The translations under genes and the position numbers were made by a program. The notes beneath the pieces are model-generated. The model was not told the origin of the DNA. It saw nothing but the letters and a program-made list of their open reading frames with translations, and did not search any database. Positions 1 through 8,756 of a DNA stretch of 64,000 nt are shown here, in pieces; position 1 is the stretch's first letter; every line of letters begins with the position of its first letter. Source of the DNA: Minisyncoccota bacterium (GTDB lineage: Bacteria; Patescibacteriota; Minisyncoccia; Phycocordibacterales; UBA918); NCBI GenBank assembly GCA_937975855.1, contig CALJTT010000003.1, positions 26,901-90,900 on the forward strand, written 5' to 3'.

Positions 1-1
1 C

Positions 2-157
2 GGCTGCGCTGGCGTTTGGTTCCAAGCCAGAAAACGCGAAGCGCATCCGTCGATGGACAATGCAAGCTACTCTGAGCGCTGGCCATTAATCGAACGGCAA
101 GTGACAGCGATGATTGTCATAATTATCATTGCTTCGTTCGCAATTATCACAACGTGA
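2..157 (+). CDS. 3' end of a membrane protein (partial, runs off the window start)
   Basis: Frame 2 is open from the window edge to TGA 155-157, ends in a hydrophobic helix (AMIVIIIIASFAIITT) and is followed directly by a terminator. Confidence 0.5.
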   Translation, partial: GCAGVWFQARKREAHPSMDNASYSERWPLIERQVTAMIVIIIIASFAIITT

Positions 158-163
158 ATTTGG

Positions 164-188
164 ACGCGCCCCACCGGGGCGCGTTTTT
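164..188 (+). terminator. Intrinsic terminator
   Basis: ACGCGCCCC-ACC-GGGGCGCGT hairpin followed by a T-tract. Confidence 0.8.
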
Positions 189-194
189 CATTTC

Positions 195-203
195 TGCTAT
201 ACT
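195..203 (+). promoter_or_regulatory. Extended -10 promoter for leaderless dnaE
   Basis: TGCTATACT, 7 nt upstream of ATG 211; no Shine-Dalgarno. Confidence 0.6.
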
Positions 204-210
204 ACACCCA

Positions 211-3200
211 ATGCCTGAAACGACCGAGACTCCAGTTGCAGCGGATTTTGTACACCTTCATGTGCATTCGATGTATTCCCTTCTGAACGCCGTCCCAACA
301 CCAAAGGAACTAGTCGCGGCCGCGAAGGCGGACGGACAAACGTCGCTGGCAATCACTGACGCGGGAGCGATGTATGGTGTCATTGATTTTTACCAAGCCT
401 GTCACAACGAGGACATTAAACCCATCCTCGGTCTCGACGCCTATCTCGCCCCTCGTACTCGTCACGACAAAGAACATCCTGTAGACCGACCTCGCAGCCG
501 CGTCGTACTGTTGGCAAAGACATTCAAGGGATACCAAAATTTGATCCAGCTCGTAACACTATCGAACACAGAGGGGGCCTACTACAAGCCACGGTTGGAT
601 GACGAGCTGCTAACTAAATACAAAGAAGACCTGGTTTGTATCATTCCGTCATTCGCTGGCGAGGTGGCGCAGTCACTCAAAGACTCATTACCAGAACGCG
701 CGTCCGAGCGACTCGATTTTTATAAGAAGCTGTACGGCGAAGATTGTTATCTGGAAATCTCTCACCATCCTGAAATGTTTGGCCACGTGGAAGTGCAGGA
801 GAAGATCAAAGAACTGGCCAAAGAAACTAATACTCCCCTAGTCGCTGCGCACGACGTGTACTACATCAAGCCGACCGACCGATTGGCGCGTGAGACGATG
901 ATCAAGATCGGCACCGGTGGAGTCGTCGACACCACCGCAGACGACTCCGGCGAGGACTTCTCATTCAAGACCCAGGCGCAGATGAAGGAATGGTTTGCAG
1001 ACGTGCCCGAAGCTATTTCAAACACAGTAAAAATTGCGGACCAATGTAATGTAGAGATCACCCTCGGGCAAGAAGCCTGGGTATTTCCTGACTACATTAT
1101 AGAAAGCGGCAAAGAGCCAGATGACGAATTGCACGACACCGCCTGGGCTGGTGTGAAGTGGCGCGGACTCGACCCTGAGGACCCTGAACTTAAAAAGCGT
1201 CTGACGTTCGAACTCGATGTCATTAAAATGAAAGGCTACGCCAAGTACTTCCTGGTAGTAGGCGATCTTTTGCGCGAGTCGCGCGACCGTGGGATCTTGA
1301 CCACTATTCGAGGTTCGGTGGCTGGCTCGCTGACGACCTATGTTCTAGGGATTACCAACGTGGACCCGCTGGAGTATCGACTTCCCTTTGAGCGATTCCT
1401 CAACCCCGAACGACCGTCGGCACCTGATATCGATATGGACTTTGCTGATAACCGGCGTGACGAAATCATCGAGTATTCAAAAGCTAAATACGGTGAAGAC
1501 AAGGTGGCGCAGATCGGTACGTTTGGAACCATGGCAGCCAAAGCGGCCGTGCGTGACGTGGCGCGTGCACTGGGGCACAGCTACAGCACTGGTGATCGGA
1601 TTTCAAAACTTATCCCGTTGGGCGCACAAGGCTTCCCTATGACTATCGACCGCGCACTGGTCGAGGAAAAAGAACTGGCCGAACTATATAAGAAAGACGC
1701 CGAGAGTCGCGAGGTCATCGACCTGGCCAAACAGATCGAGGGCCGCGTTCGACACATCGGCGTGCATGCTGCTGGTGTGGTGATCTCGCCCGTACCACTG
1801 AACGAATACGTCCCCGTCCAACCCGACTCGAAAACTGGCAAATGGGTAACGCAGTACGAAATGCACAGCGTAGGTGAAGACGGCGTCGGACTCTTGAAAT
1901 TCGACTTCCTTGGAATCAAGAACCTGGCCATTTTGGCTGACGCGGTAAAGCGAGTGAAGAAAATTCGTGACGTTGACGTCGACATCGAGAACATTCCGCT
2001 GGACGATACCAAGACATTTGAAATGCTTGCCCGCGGCGAGACGATGGGATTGTTCCAGCTGAACGGAACAGGGATGACTTCATTCCTCAAGCAACTTAAG
2101 CCAACCAGCATTCATGACATTAATGCGATGGTGGCGCTGTATCGCCCTGGTCCGATGGAAATGATTCCGACTTATATTGAACGAAAGCACAACCCGTCAT
2201 TGGTGACATACCTCGACCCGCGTCTAGAGAACATTGTAGAGCGTTCTTACGGAGTCATCACCTACCAGGACGACGTGATGATGACGTCGATCGAACTGGC
2301 CGGCTACAGCTGGCTCGAAGCGGACAAGCTGCGTAAGGCCATGGGTAAGAAAATTCCCGAGGTAATGGCAGCCGAGAAAGATAAACTTTTTCAGGGACTC
2401 ATCGACAACGGCATGAGCTCACAAAAAGCCGAGCAACTATGGAAGTTGATCGAGCCGTTTGCAGCGTACGGGTTCAACAAGGCTCACGCTGCCTCTTACG
2501 GACGTGTCGCCTATCAGACTGCGTACATGAAGGCTAACTTCCCCGTCGAATACATGTCAGCGGTTCTTACCGCTGACTCTGGCGACACCGAGCAAATCTA
2601 TGCCATCATTTCTGAATGTAAGCGCATGGATATCGACGTCCTTCCACCAGACATTAACGAATCGTTTGCGGACTTTTCGGTGGTGCCCGGTACACAGACG
2701 ATTCGTTTTGGACTGACAACTATCAAGAACTTTGGCGCGGGTATTGCTGACATCATAATCGAAGATCGCAAAAATAACGGACCGTTTGCCGACATGCAAG
2801 ATTTTCTGTCGCGCATCCACGACCGCGCCTTGAACAAGAAATCAATGGAAGCACTTATCTGCACCGGCGCCTTCGACAGCTTCGACCGGCGCAGCGTTTT
2901 GTATCACAACCTAGAGATCCTACTCGCTTACAACAAAGAGCAAGTGTCCGAAAAAGAAACTGGGCAAGATTCTTTATTCGGCGGCATGGACGAAGTTGCT
3001 GGGCTAACTTTATTACCTGCCGAACAACTACCGACCCTACAAAAACTAACCTGGGAAAAAGACTTGCTGGGTGTGTATTTGTCCGGACACCCACTCGATG
3101 CATTCGAAGACGAACTAAAAAAACGTTCGCCACTATCGACAGTAAAATCAGACGGCCGTCAGGGCATCCCTGTCGTCACCGCTGGAATGATCGAAACCGT

Positions 3201-3468
3201 CAAAGAGCTCATCACCAAAAAGGGAGACAAGATGGCCTTCGTGCAACTTGTTTCCAAAGAAGAATCAATGGAAATGGTCACCTTCCCCGAATGTTTCGAA
3301 ACCCACCGCGATATGCTGGTGCCCGGCACTTGTGTGGCAGTAAAAGGTAAGCTGAACATCAGGAATGACGAACCGAGTATTTTGGTGGATAAGTTGAAAA
3401 GACTAGGTGGAGTACCAGAAGTAGAGGGAGGAGAAGTTGACAAGGAAACTCCTCAGCCTGTAGGATAG
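211..3468 (+). CDS. dnaE: DNA polymerase III alpha subunit
   Basis: PHP domain (FVHLHVHSMYS), RGSVAGS, PDIDMDF catalytic motif, GLLKFDFLG, FNKAHAASY, C-terminal OB fold. Start moved from 154 to ATG 211. Confidence 0.97.
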   Translation: MPETTETPVAADFVHLHVHSMYSLLNAVPTPKELVAAAKADGQTSLAITDAGAMYGVIDFYQACHNEDIKPILGLDAYLAPRTRHDKEHPVDRPRSRVVLLAKTFKGYQNLIQLVTLSNTEGAYYKPRLDDELLTKYKEDLVCIIPSFAGEVAQSLKDSLPERASERLDFYKKLYGEDCYLEISHHPEMFGHVEVQEKIKELAKETNTPLVAAHDVYYIKPTDRLARETMIKIGTGGVVDTTADDSGEDFSFKTQAQMKEWFADVPEAISNTVKIADQCNVEITLGQEAWVFPDYIIESGKEPDDELHDTAWAGVKWRGLDPEDPELKKRLTFELDVIKMKGYAKYFLVVGDLLRESRDRGILTTIRGSVAGSLTTYVLGITNVDPLEYRLPFERFLNPERPSAPDIDMDFADNRRDEIIEYSKAKYGEDKVAQIGTFGTMAAKAAVRDVARALGHSYSTGDRISKLIPLGAQGFPMTIDRALVEEKELAELYKKDAESREVIDLAKQIEGRVRHIGVHAAGVVISPVPLNEYVPVQPDSKTGKWVTQYEMHSVGEDGVGLLKFDFLGIKNLAILADAVKRVKKIRDVDVDIENIPLDDTKTFEMLARGETMGLFQLNGTGMTSFLKQLKPTSIHDINAMVALYRPGPMEMIPTYIERKHNPSLVTYLDPRLENIVERSYGVITYQDDVMMTSIELAGYSWLEADKLRKAMGKKIPEVMAAEKDKLFQGLIDNGMSSQKAEQLWKLIEPFAAYGFNKAHAASYGRVAYQTAYMKANFPVEYMSAVLTADSGDTEQIYAIISECKRMDIDVLPPDINESFADFSVVPGTQTIRFGLTTIKNFGAGIADIIIEDRKNNGPFADMQDFLSRIHDRALNKKSMEALICTGAFDSFDRRSVLYHNLEILLAYNKEQVSEKETGQDSLFGGMDEVAGLTLLPAEQLPTLQKLTWEKDLLGVYLSGHPLDAFEDELKKRSPLSTVKSDGRQGIPVVTAGMIETVKELITKKGDKMAFVQLVSKEESMEMVTFPECFETHRDMLVPGTCVAVKGKLNIRNDEPSILVDKLKRLGGVPEVEGGEVDKETPQPVG
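3437..3466 (+). promoter_or_regulatory. Sigma70-type promoter for the T-box/thrS transcript, inside the dnaE 3' end
   Basis: TTGACA (3437-3442), 18-nt spacer, TAGGAT (3461-3466); the predicted TSS falls at the start of the T-box leader. Confidence 0.55.
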
Positions 3469-3473
3469 TAACA

Positions 3474-3647
3474 ACAGAGATTGTGGCGCTTACCAACCGC
3501 CAGGCTATTGCTCGGGAAACCCTAATCTGTATATAAAGTGTCAGGTACAAACCTGGAAGCCCGGTGGAACCGCGGCCGTCACAGACGGAACGTCCGAGCG
3601 AAGACATGAATTATTTTCGTGTAGTCGCTCGGACTTTTCTTATTTTT
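3474..3647 (+). ncRNA. T-box riboswitch (transcriptional, Thr-specific)
   Basis: T-box motif GGTGGAACCGCG (3563-3574) pairs with CGTCCG (3591-3596) to form the antiterminator with a TGGAACC bulge. Mutually exclusive terminator GTCCGAGCGA/TCGCTCGGAC plus T-tract (3592-3647). Stem III CAGGT-ACAA-ACCTG. ACC codons at 3492-3494 and 3519-3521. Lies directly upstream of thrS. Confidence 0.85.
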
Positions 3648-3657
3648 AATTATTCTT

Positions 3658-5415
3658 ATGGAACAACAACTCGAACACAAACGACATACACTTGCTCACC
3701 TACTTGCCGCGGCAATAGTTGAACAATATCCGCACGCCAAGCTGACCCTCGGCCCGGCAATCGATAATGGATTTTATTACGACATTGATTTTTCTGCTGG
3801 CGAGGCGCCGGGAGAAGACGACCTGAAAGGTCTACAAAAGTCGATGAAGAAAACTGTGAACAAGTGGACAGAGTGGTCGCACGAAGAAGTCTCTGCCGAC
3901 AAGGCACGGGAGGTGTTCGCCGGGAATGAGTTTAAACTTGAGCTGATCGACGAGATCGAGAGCAAGGGCGAGACAATCACTCTGTACACTTGCGGCGGTT
4001 TCACCGACCTATGTCGTGGTGGTCATGTAGAAAATCCAAAAGAAGAAATCGCTGCTGACGCGTTCAAACTCGACAAAATCGCTGGCGCCTACTGGCGAGG
4101 AAGTGAAAAGAACCCGATGCTGACACGCATCTACGGCGTTGCGTTTGACACAAAAAAAGACCTTGAAGCCTACGAAGAGCAAGTGAGGCTGGCCAAAGAA
4201 CGTGACCATCGCAAGATTGGGAAAGAACTTGGTCTGTTTACTTTTTCAGATTTAGTTGGCCCTGGACTTCCTCTCTACACTCCAAAAGGCCAGCTGATGC
4301 GCGAGGCTATCAAAGACCTGTTGTGGAACCTGTCTAAAGAATACGGTTACCAAAAGGTAGAAATCCCCCACCTCGCTAAGATTGATCTATACGAAAAAAG
4401 TGGCCACGCAGCCAAATTCAAAGATGAGTTTTTCTACGTACACGGAGCACAAAGTGGAGACGACTTTGTGGTCAAACCAATGAACTGCCCGCATCACACC
4501 CAGATTTATGACTGCCAACCTCGTAGCTATCGCGATCTGCCGATCCGCATGGCTGAAGTTACACATATGTACCGCGACGAAAAGGTTGGGCAGCTATCAG
4601 GTCTCGGGCGCGTCCGTTCGATCGCGATCGACGACGCACATGTATTCTGCCGACCAGATCAGATCAAAGAAGAGGCTTGTAACATCGCCGAGATCGTCCG
4701 TCGGTTCTACACAAAATTTGGTCTGTGGGAAAAGGGTAAAACTTTTTGGGTGTCACTGTCAGTTCGCGATCCAGAAACACCAGAAAAGTATCTCGGACAA
4801 GACGAGAACTGGGAGAAGGCTGAAGCTTACTTACAAGAAGTGTCGGACGACCTCGAGCTTGATGCCAAGCGCATGGAGGGCGAAGCGGCGTTCTATGGTC
4901 CAAAGTTAGACTTCATGTTTACTGATGCTCTCGGTCGCGAACGGCAACTGGCGACCATCCAAATCGACTTTGTACAACCCGAGCGATTCAACCTAACTTA
5001 CACAGACAGCGACGGTAGCGACCAGCCAGCTGTGATGATCCACCGCGCTGTAGCTGGTTCGCTCGAGCGATTTATGGCTATTATGATTGAACACTACGCT
5101 GGCGCCTTCCCTCTATGGCTGTCACCAGATCAAGTACGGATTATTACAGTGTCAGACGTCCATCTTCCATATGCGAAAGAAGTCTTGGCCGAACTGCGAA
5201 AGGCCGATTTCCGAGTTGAACTAGACGACAGCAACGACAGCATGGGGAAGAAAATCCGCAATGCAAAAAAAAGCAAGCTCCCCTATCTAATCGTCATTGG
5301 TGACAAGGAAGTCGAGAGTGGGACGATCACCCTGGAAAGTCGAGATACCGAAGAATCAACAACGCACAGTGTTGCAGACTTGATCAAGAAATTAACTGCC
5401 GAGTTAGAAGTGTAG
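3658..5415 (+). CDS. thrS: Threonyl-tRNA synthetase (lacks N-terminal TGS domain)
   Basis: HTLAHLL and DLCRGGH editing motifs, RDHRKIG, KPMNCPHH, AFYGPKLD, HRAVAGSLERF, C-terminal anticodon-binding domain. Confidence 0.97.
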   Translation: MEQQLEHKRHTLAHLLAAAIVEQYPHAKLTLGPAIDNGFYYDIDFSAGEAPGEDDLKGLQKSMKKTVNKWTEWSHEEVSADKAREVFAGNEFKLELIDEIESKGETITLYTCGGFTDLCRGGHVENPKEEIAADAFKLDKIAGAYWRGSEKNPMLTRIYGVAFDTKKDLEAYEEQVRLAKERDHRKIGKELGLFTFSDLVGPGLPLYTPKGQLMREAIKDLLWNLSKEYGYQKVEIPHLAKIDLYEKSGHAAKFKDEFFYVHGAQSGDDFVVKPMNCPHHTQIYDCQPRSYRDLPIRMAEVTHMYRDEKVGQLSGLGRVRSIAIDDAHVFCRPDQIKEEACNIAEIVRRFYTKFGLWEKGKTFWVSLSVRDPETPEKYLGQDENWEKAEAYLQEVSDDLELDAKRMEGEAAFYGPKLDFMFTDALGRERQLATIQIDFVQPERFNLTYTDSDGSDQPAVMIHRAVAGSLERFMAIMIEHYAGAFPLWLSPDQVRIITVSDVHLPYAKEVLAELRKADFRVELDDSNDSMGKKIRNAKKSKLPYLIVIGDKEVESGTITLESRDTEESTTHSVADLIKKLTAELEV

Positions 5416-5425
5416 AAGATTAGAC

Positions 5426-5472
5426 AACACAAACAAAAACAGCGCCCAATAGGCGCTGTTTTTGTTTGTGTT
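5426..5472. terminator. Bidirectional intrinsic terminator
   Basis: 21-bp perfect inverted repeat (AACACAAACAAAAACAGCGCC) with a 5-nt loop between convergent genes. Confidence 0.85.
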
Positions 5473-5478
5473 TGCTGC

Positions 5479-7713
5479 TTACGCTGTAAGCAATGCAAGC
5501 ATTCGATCGTTGTTGATCACTACCCATCCGTCTTCTAGTGGGAACTGTGCTTTTGCACTGTTCAATACTTCGAAGATTTTGGTAAGTTGGTCAGCAACTG
5601 GAATAGTGTTGACAAAAGTCTTGATCGCGTCGCTTGAGAGCAATGCTTGATTACTCTGAGCAATCGCTTCAAGAGCCGCAACTTCAACTGGAGTGTTGTC
5701 AGTAACCATAGCCGCTCGCGTTGGTACTTCAGCAACTGGTGCTACAGGAGCAACTGCGATAGGTAGATTAGCTGGTGCAACTGCTACTGAAGCAGCGACG
5801 TTTGTTGCTGGGGCTGCAGGTGCAACCGATGCAAACAAATCTGGTCGAGCAGCTTCAGCTCGCTGCATCTGTTCTACTGGTGTTGGAGTGAAAGAAGATT
5901 CTTTCGCAAGACTCATCGCTGCCTTAGGTACAACTAGTACGTAAGTCAGATATAGAGCCCAAGCAGTAAGCAACATGTAGAAGAAAGTTGTCATCATCGG
6001 ACCAGCTTCGAATCCAGTGTATGGCACTTGAGCCAACGAGATACCAGACACAAGTGGAGATTGATCACGCACTTGTAGGATTTGAAGTTCCTCTTCTACT
6101 TCTACTTCTACTGTACAACTTCGGTCACGTGAACCACGTTCTGCAGTCAATGTGTAAACTGTGTCAGTAGTTGGATTCACTCTGAATGATGAGTTCAATA
6201 GTTCGTCTTTGTCGTCAGACAAAAGTGTGTCAGTTGTAACGATCACGTTACCTTCGTCATCAGTCAATGTGATTTCACGTGCTCGGCTAGTTTCCCATGT
6301 AAGAGTTACTGTTTCTCCAGCGCTGATAGACGAGTCAGAAACTTCTAGTTCACAACGTGGTGAAGAGCTTCCTCCGCCACCTCCGCCTGAAGTAGTAGTT
6401 ACTACAGTTGTTGTAGTACATGATCCGTCGTCTTCAGTCGCGTTAGCGTTGTAGTTAGTTGCAGTTGAATCTGTACAACCGCGAACTGGGTCTGGATCTA
6501 CTGAATAAACACATGAGTTGTCGTTCTGCGTTGCGTTAGCATCGTAGTTTGTCGCGTCTATATCTGTACATCCTAGAACCGGGTCTGGCTCGTTTGTCGC
6601 TACAATATCGATTGCTGCACAGATCGGATAAAGACTGTTAGCGAACAATACATCTGGGTAGTATGGGTGTACTCCACTGATTCCTGTAATGTCGGTTGAA
6701 AGCTCTAGTGAAGAGTTAACCATCTCTACCTTTCCGTCTTCTCGTACGTTATCAGCAAGGTCAGAACTGTATCCTGAAGCTGCCATGATAGTAGTTCCGT
6801 TTAGGAAATGTAGTTTCCACTGTTCGTTTGGCTGACTAGTGTTAACTCGGTTTAGGTAACCGTCCCAAGACTGCAATGTAACTTTGTAGTTACCAGCAGC
6901 AAGGTTAACTGATTGCGCTGCAGTTTTTGCAGATGCTGCACCTTGGTCAGTTCGTAGTTTTTCGCCACCGAAGTCAACGATAGTACGACCGTCCTGTGCG
7001 TCAAACGAACATACTGGTGCAATTGGGTAATTGTACTCACAATCAGCTTCAGCCTGGTAGTTGTTTGCAAGTGGGTCTTCACACGTAACTGTTACAGGTG
7101 TGTATTCACATGCTTCACCAGCTACTGTAGCTTCAGGGTTGTAATTGTTTGCGTCAGCGTCCATACAACCTGAGATAGGTGTTACGACTACAGGGTACTC
7201 ACAGTCGCCTGCTTGTCCGTAGTTTGTTGCATCTTGATCTTCACAAGTTGCTACTGGCTGTGCAAGACAAACAACATTGAAAGTCTGTGAACAGTTGTCG
7301 CCGTTAGCATTAGTAACTTCTACGGTGTAGGTGGTATCAATCGTTAGATCAGTGAATGTGATGTCGCCTTTATCTTGAAAAGCAACTTCTTGACCGTTAA
7401 CCTTAACAGTATCAAATCCAACAGTGTCCCATGAAAGAGTCACACTGCCGCCGTATTCAACTGTGTCGGCACTACTAGTCAGCTCACAAGAAGTTTCAGA
7501 CTGTACTGAAACAACAGTCACTGTGTCTCCACCTGTGGTATCTAGGTTATCTAGATCAATATTAGTAGTTGTAAGATCTACCGTTGGCAGATCAATTGTA
7601 AAGTTTAGAGAGTCAAGAAGTGAAGCTGACGAAACCGTCGGCGCCATAATTGCTCCTGACACTACGACTACCGCTAGAACGCGCGCAAGTCGTGAAATTG
7701 TGTTTGAAAACAT
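5479..7713 (-). CDS. Large cell-surface protein: signal peptide, Ig-like modules, Cys-rich repeats, VPYTG sorting motif, TM helix and long cytoplasmic tail
   Basis: Signal peptide MFSNTISRLARVLAVVVVSGAIMAPTVSSA; two 'C.L..S...V..G..VTL.W.T' Ig-like modules; VPYTG at 6013-6027 followed by a hydrophobic helix; adjacent to a sortase. Confidence 0.75.
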   Translation of the reverse strand: MFSNTISRLARVLAVVVVSGAIMAPTVSSASLLDSLNFTIDLPTVDLTTTNIDLDNLDTTGGDTVTVVSVQSETSCELTSSADTVEYGGSVTLSWDTVGFDTVKVNGQEVAFQDKGDITFTDLTIDTTYTVEVTNANGDNCSQTFNVVCLAQPVATCEDQDATNYGQAGDCEYPVVVTPISGCMDADANNYNPEATVAGEACEYTPVTVTCEDPLANNYQAEADCEYNYPIAPVCSFDAQDGRTIVDFGGEKLRTDQGAASAKTAAQSVNLAAGNYKVTLQSWDGYLNRVNTSQPNEQWKLHFLNGTTIMAASGYSSDLADNVREDGKVEMVNSSLELSTDITGISGVHPYYPDVLFANSLYPICAAIDIVATNEPDPVLGCTDIDATNYDANATQNDNSCVYSVDPDPVRGCTDSTATNYNANATEDDGSCTTTTVVTTTSGGGGGGSSSPRCELEVSDSSISAGETVTLTWETSRAREITLTDDEGNVIVTTDTLLSDDKDELLNSSFRVNPTTDTVYTLTAERGSRDRSCTVEVEVEEELQILQVRDQSPLVSGISLAQVPYTGFEAGPMMTTFFYMLLTAWALYLTYVLVVPKAAMSLAKESSFTPTPVEQMQRAEAARPDLFASVAPAAPATNVAASVAVAPANLPIAVAPVAPVAEVPTRAAMVTDNTPVEVAALEAIAQSNQALLSSDAIKTFVNTIPVADQLTKIFEVLNSAKAQFPLEDGWVVINNDRMLALLTA
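6418..7245 (-). repeat. Five C-x-D-x-x-A-x-N-Y...C peptide repeats
   Basis: TCEDQDATNY..C, GCMDADANNY..C, TCEDPLANNY..C, GCTDIDATNY..C, GCTDSTATNY..C. Confidence 0.8.
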
Positions 7714-7891
7714 AATGATAATTAAGTTAAACCTCCTAAGATTAATACTCTCACCTACACCAAGATACGCAAGAGTAATCAAACCTACGAAATTATTATA
7801 GAAATCAACGAGCGCGTTAGCCAAGCTAACAGAAGGAGCAATATGAATCGCGCCTATATTAATACACTATTTTTACTAATTTGTCAAGTGT

Positions 7892-8614
7892 TTAGCTCGA
7901 ACGTACTACTTGGCGCGAAGCTTCCACGATGTATCTGTCATCTGCACTACCGAAACTGTTGCAAGTAGCCAGAGTTAGCATGTTTCCTGTATCAGCGATT
8001 GGCACCACTAGTTCCGAAGCTTTAGCTTTGTACACCTTTTCAACGCGGTAAACGTAAGTTTTGTCACCTCCAGACACCTCAATAGTGTCTCCCCACTGGA
8101 GATTCTGAATACCATTTAGAGCCTGGTAGTTCTTATTAAGTACGTTAGGCAGGTAACTTGAGTGCCCAAGAATGAACACGTTGCCCTCCCTATCCAGTGT
8201 CGCTGAGTCAGGATGCCGAACAACTCCACCCAAAAGGGCTGTATCTAGGTCGGCAACAGATCGCGAAATAGGATTCAAAACGTCGACAGTTTTGTCGAGC
8301 TTGGCAATGTAAATTGACTGAGGCAGTACTTTTTCAATCGGAGCGATAGTTACTGGCTCTTCAGTAATATCAATATTAAGAGGCTCTGTTGTTGCAGGCT
8401 CGAGTGTTTCAGCTTGGAAAATACCATTTGACATAGTGTCAGACGTTACAGAGGTAGCGGGGGCTACCGTTTTTACTTCTTCTGTTGGAGCTTCCGGCAA
8501 GAAATCAACCACATACAAAATAGTGTAGGTTGTAGTGAAGATTAGGAAAAACATTACGACAAAGCGAATTTTTCTTTCCCAAACTAGCTGAAACAAGTTA
8601 GATGTATTAATCAT
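7892..8614 (-). CDS. Sortase
   Basis: N-terminal TM helix; GNVFILGH (His), LTLATC (Cys) and DRYIV (Arg) catalytic triad. Start set by the upstream -10 TGCTATCAT. Confidence 0.9.
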   Translation of the reverse strand: MINTSNLFQLVWERKIRFVVMFFLIFTTTYTILYVVDFLPEAPTEEVKTVAPATSVTSDTMSNGIFQAETLEPATTEPLNIDITEEPVTIAPIEKVLPQSIYIAKLDKTVDVLNPISRSVADLDTALLGGVVRHPDSATLDREGNVFILGHSSYLPNVLNKNYQALNGIQNLQWGDTIEVSGGDKTYVYRVEKVYKAKASELVVPIADTGNMLTLATCNSFGSADDRYIVEASRQVVRSS

Positions 8615-8622
8615 TGCGAAAT

Positions 8623-8747
8623 ATGATAGCATTTATTTAAAATTTGTCAATACTATATTAGTGATACTATTCTGCTTAGTAGAACGTCAATATAAAGTGA
8701 ACACGAGACCTAAATATTATTGACAAATTTGTAATGAATGTTAATAT
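8623..8747. promoter_or_regulatory. Pair of near-identical divergent promoters
   Basis: TTGACA-N16-TATCAT (minus) and TTGACA-N16-TAATAT (plus); perfect 13-bp inverted repeat TATTGACAAATTT at 8640-8652 and 8718-8730. Confidence 0.65.
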
Positions 8748-8756
8748 CGCAAAATT

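Noticed and set aside
154..210. ORF-track N-terminal extension of dnaE (likewise for gyrB, GT2, rpiB, transketolase N, ligase and others)
   Set aside because: The extensions run through terminators, promoters or neighbouring genes; downstream ATGs fit the homology start and the -10 spacing
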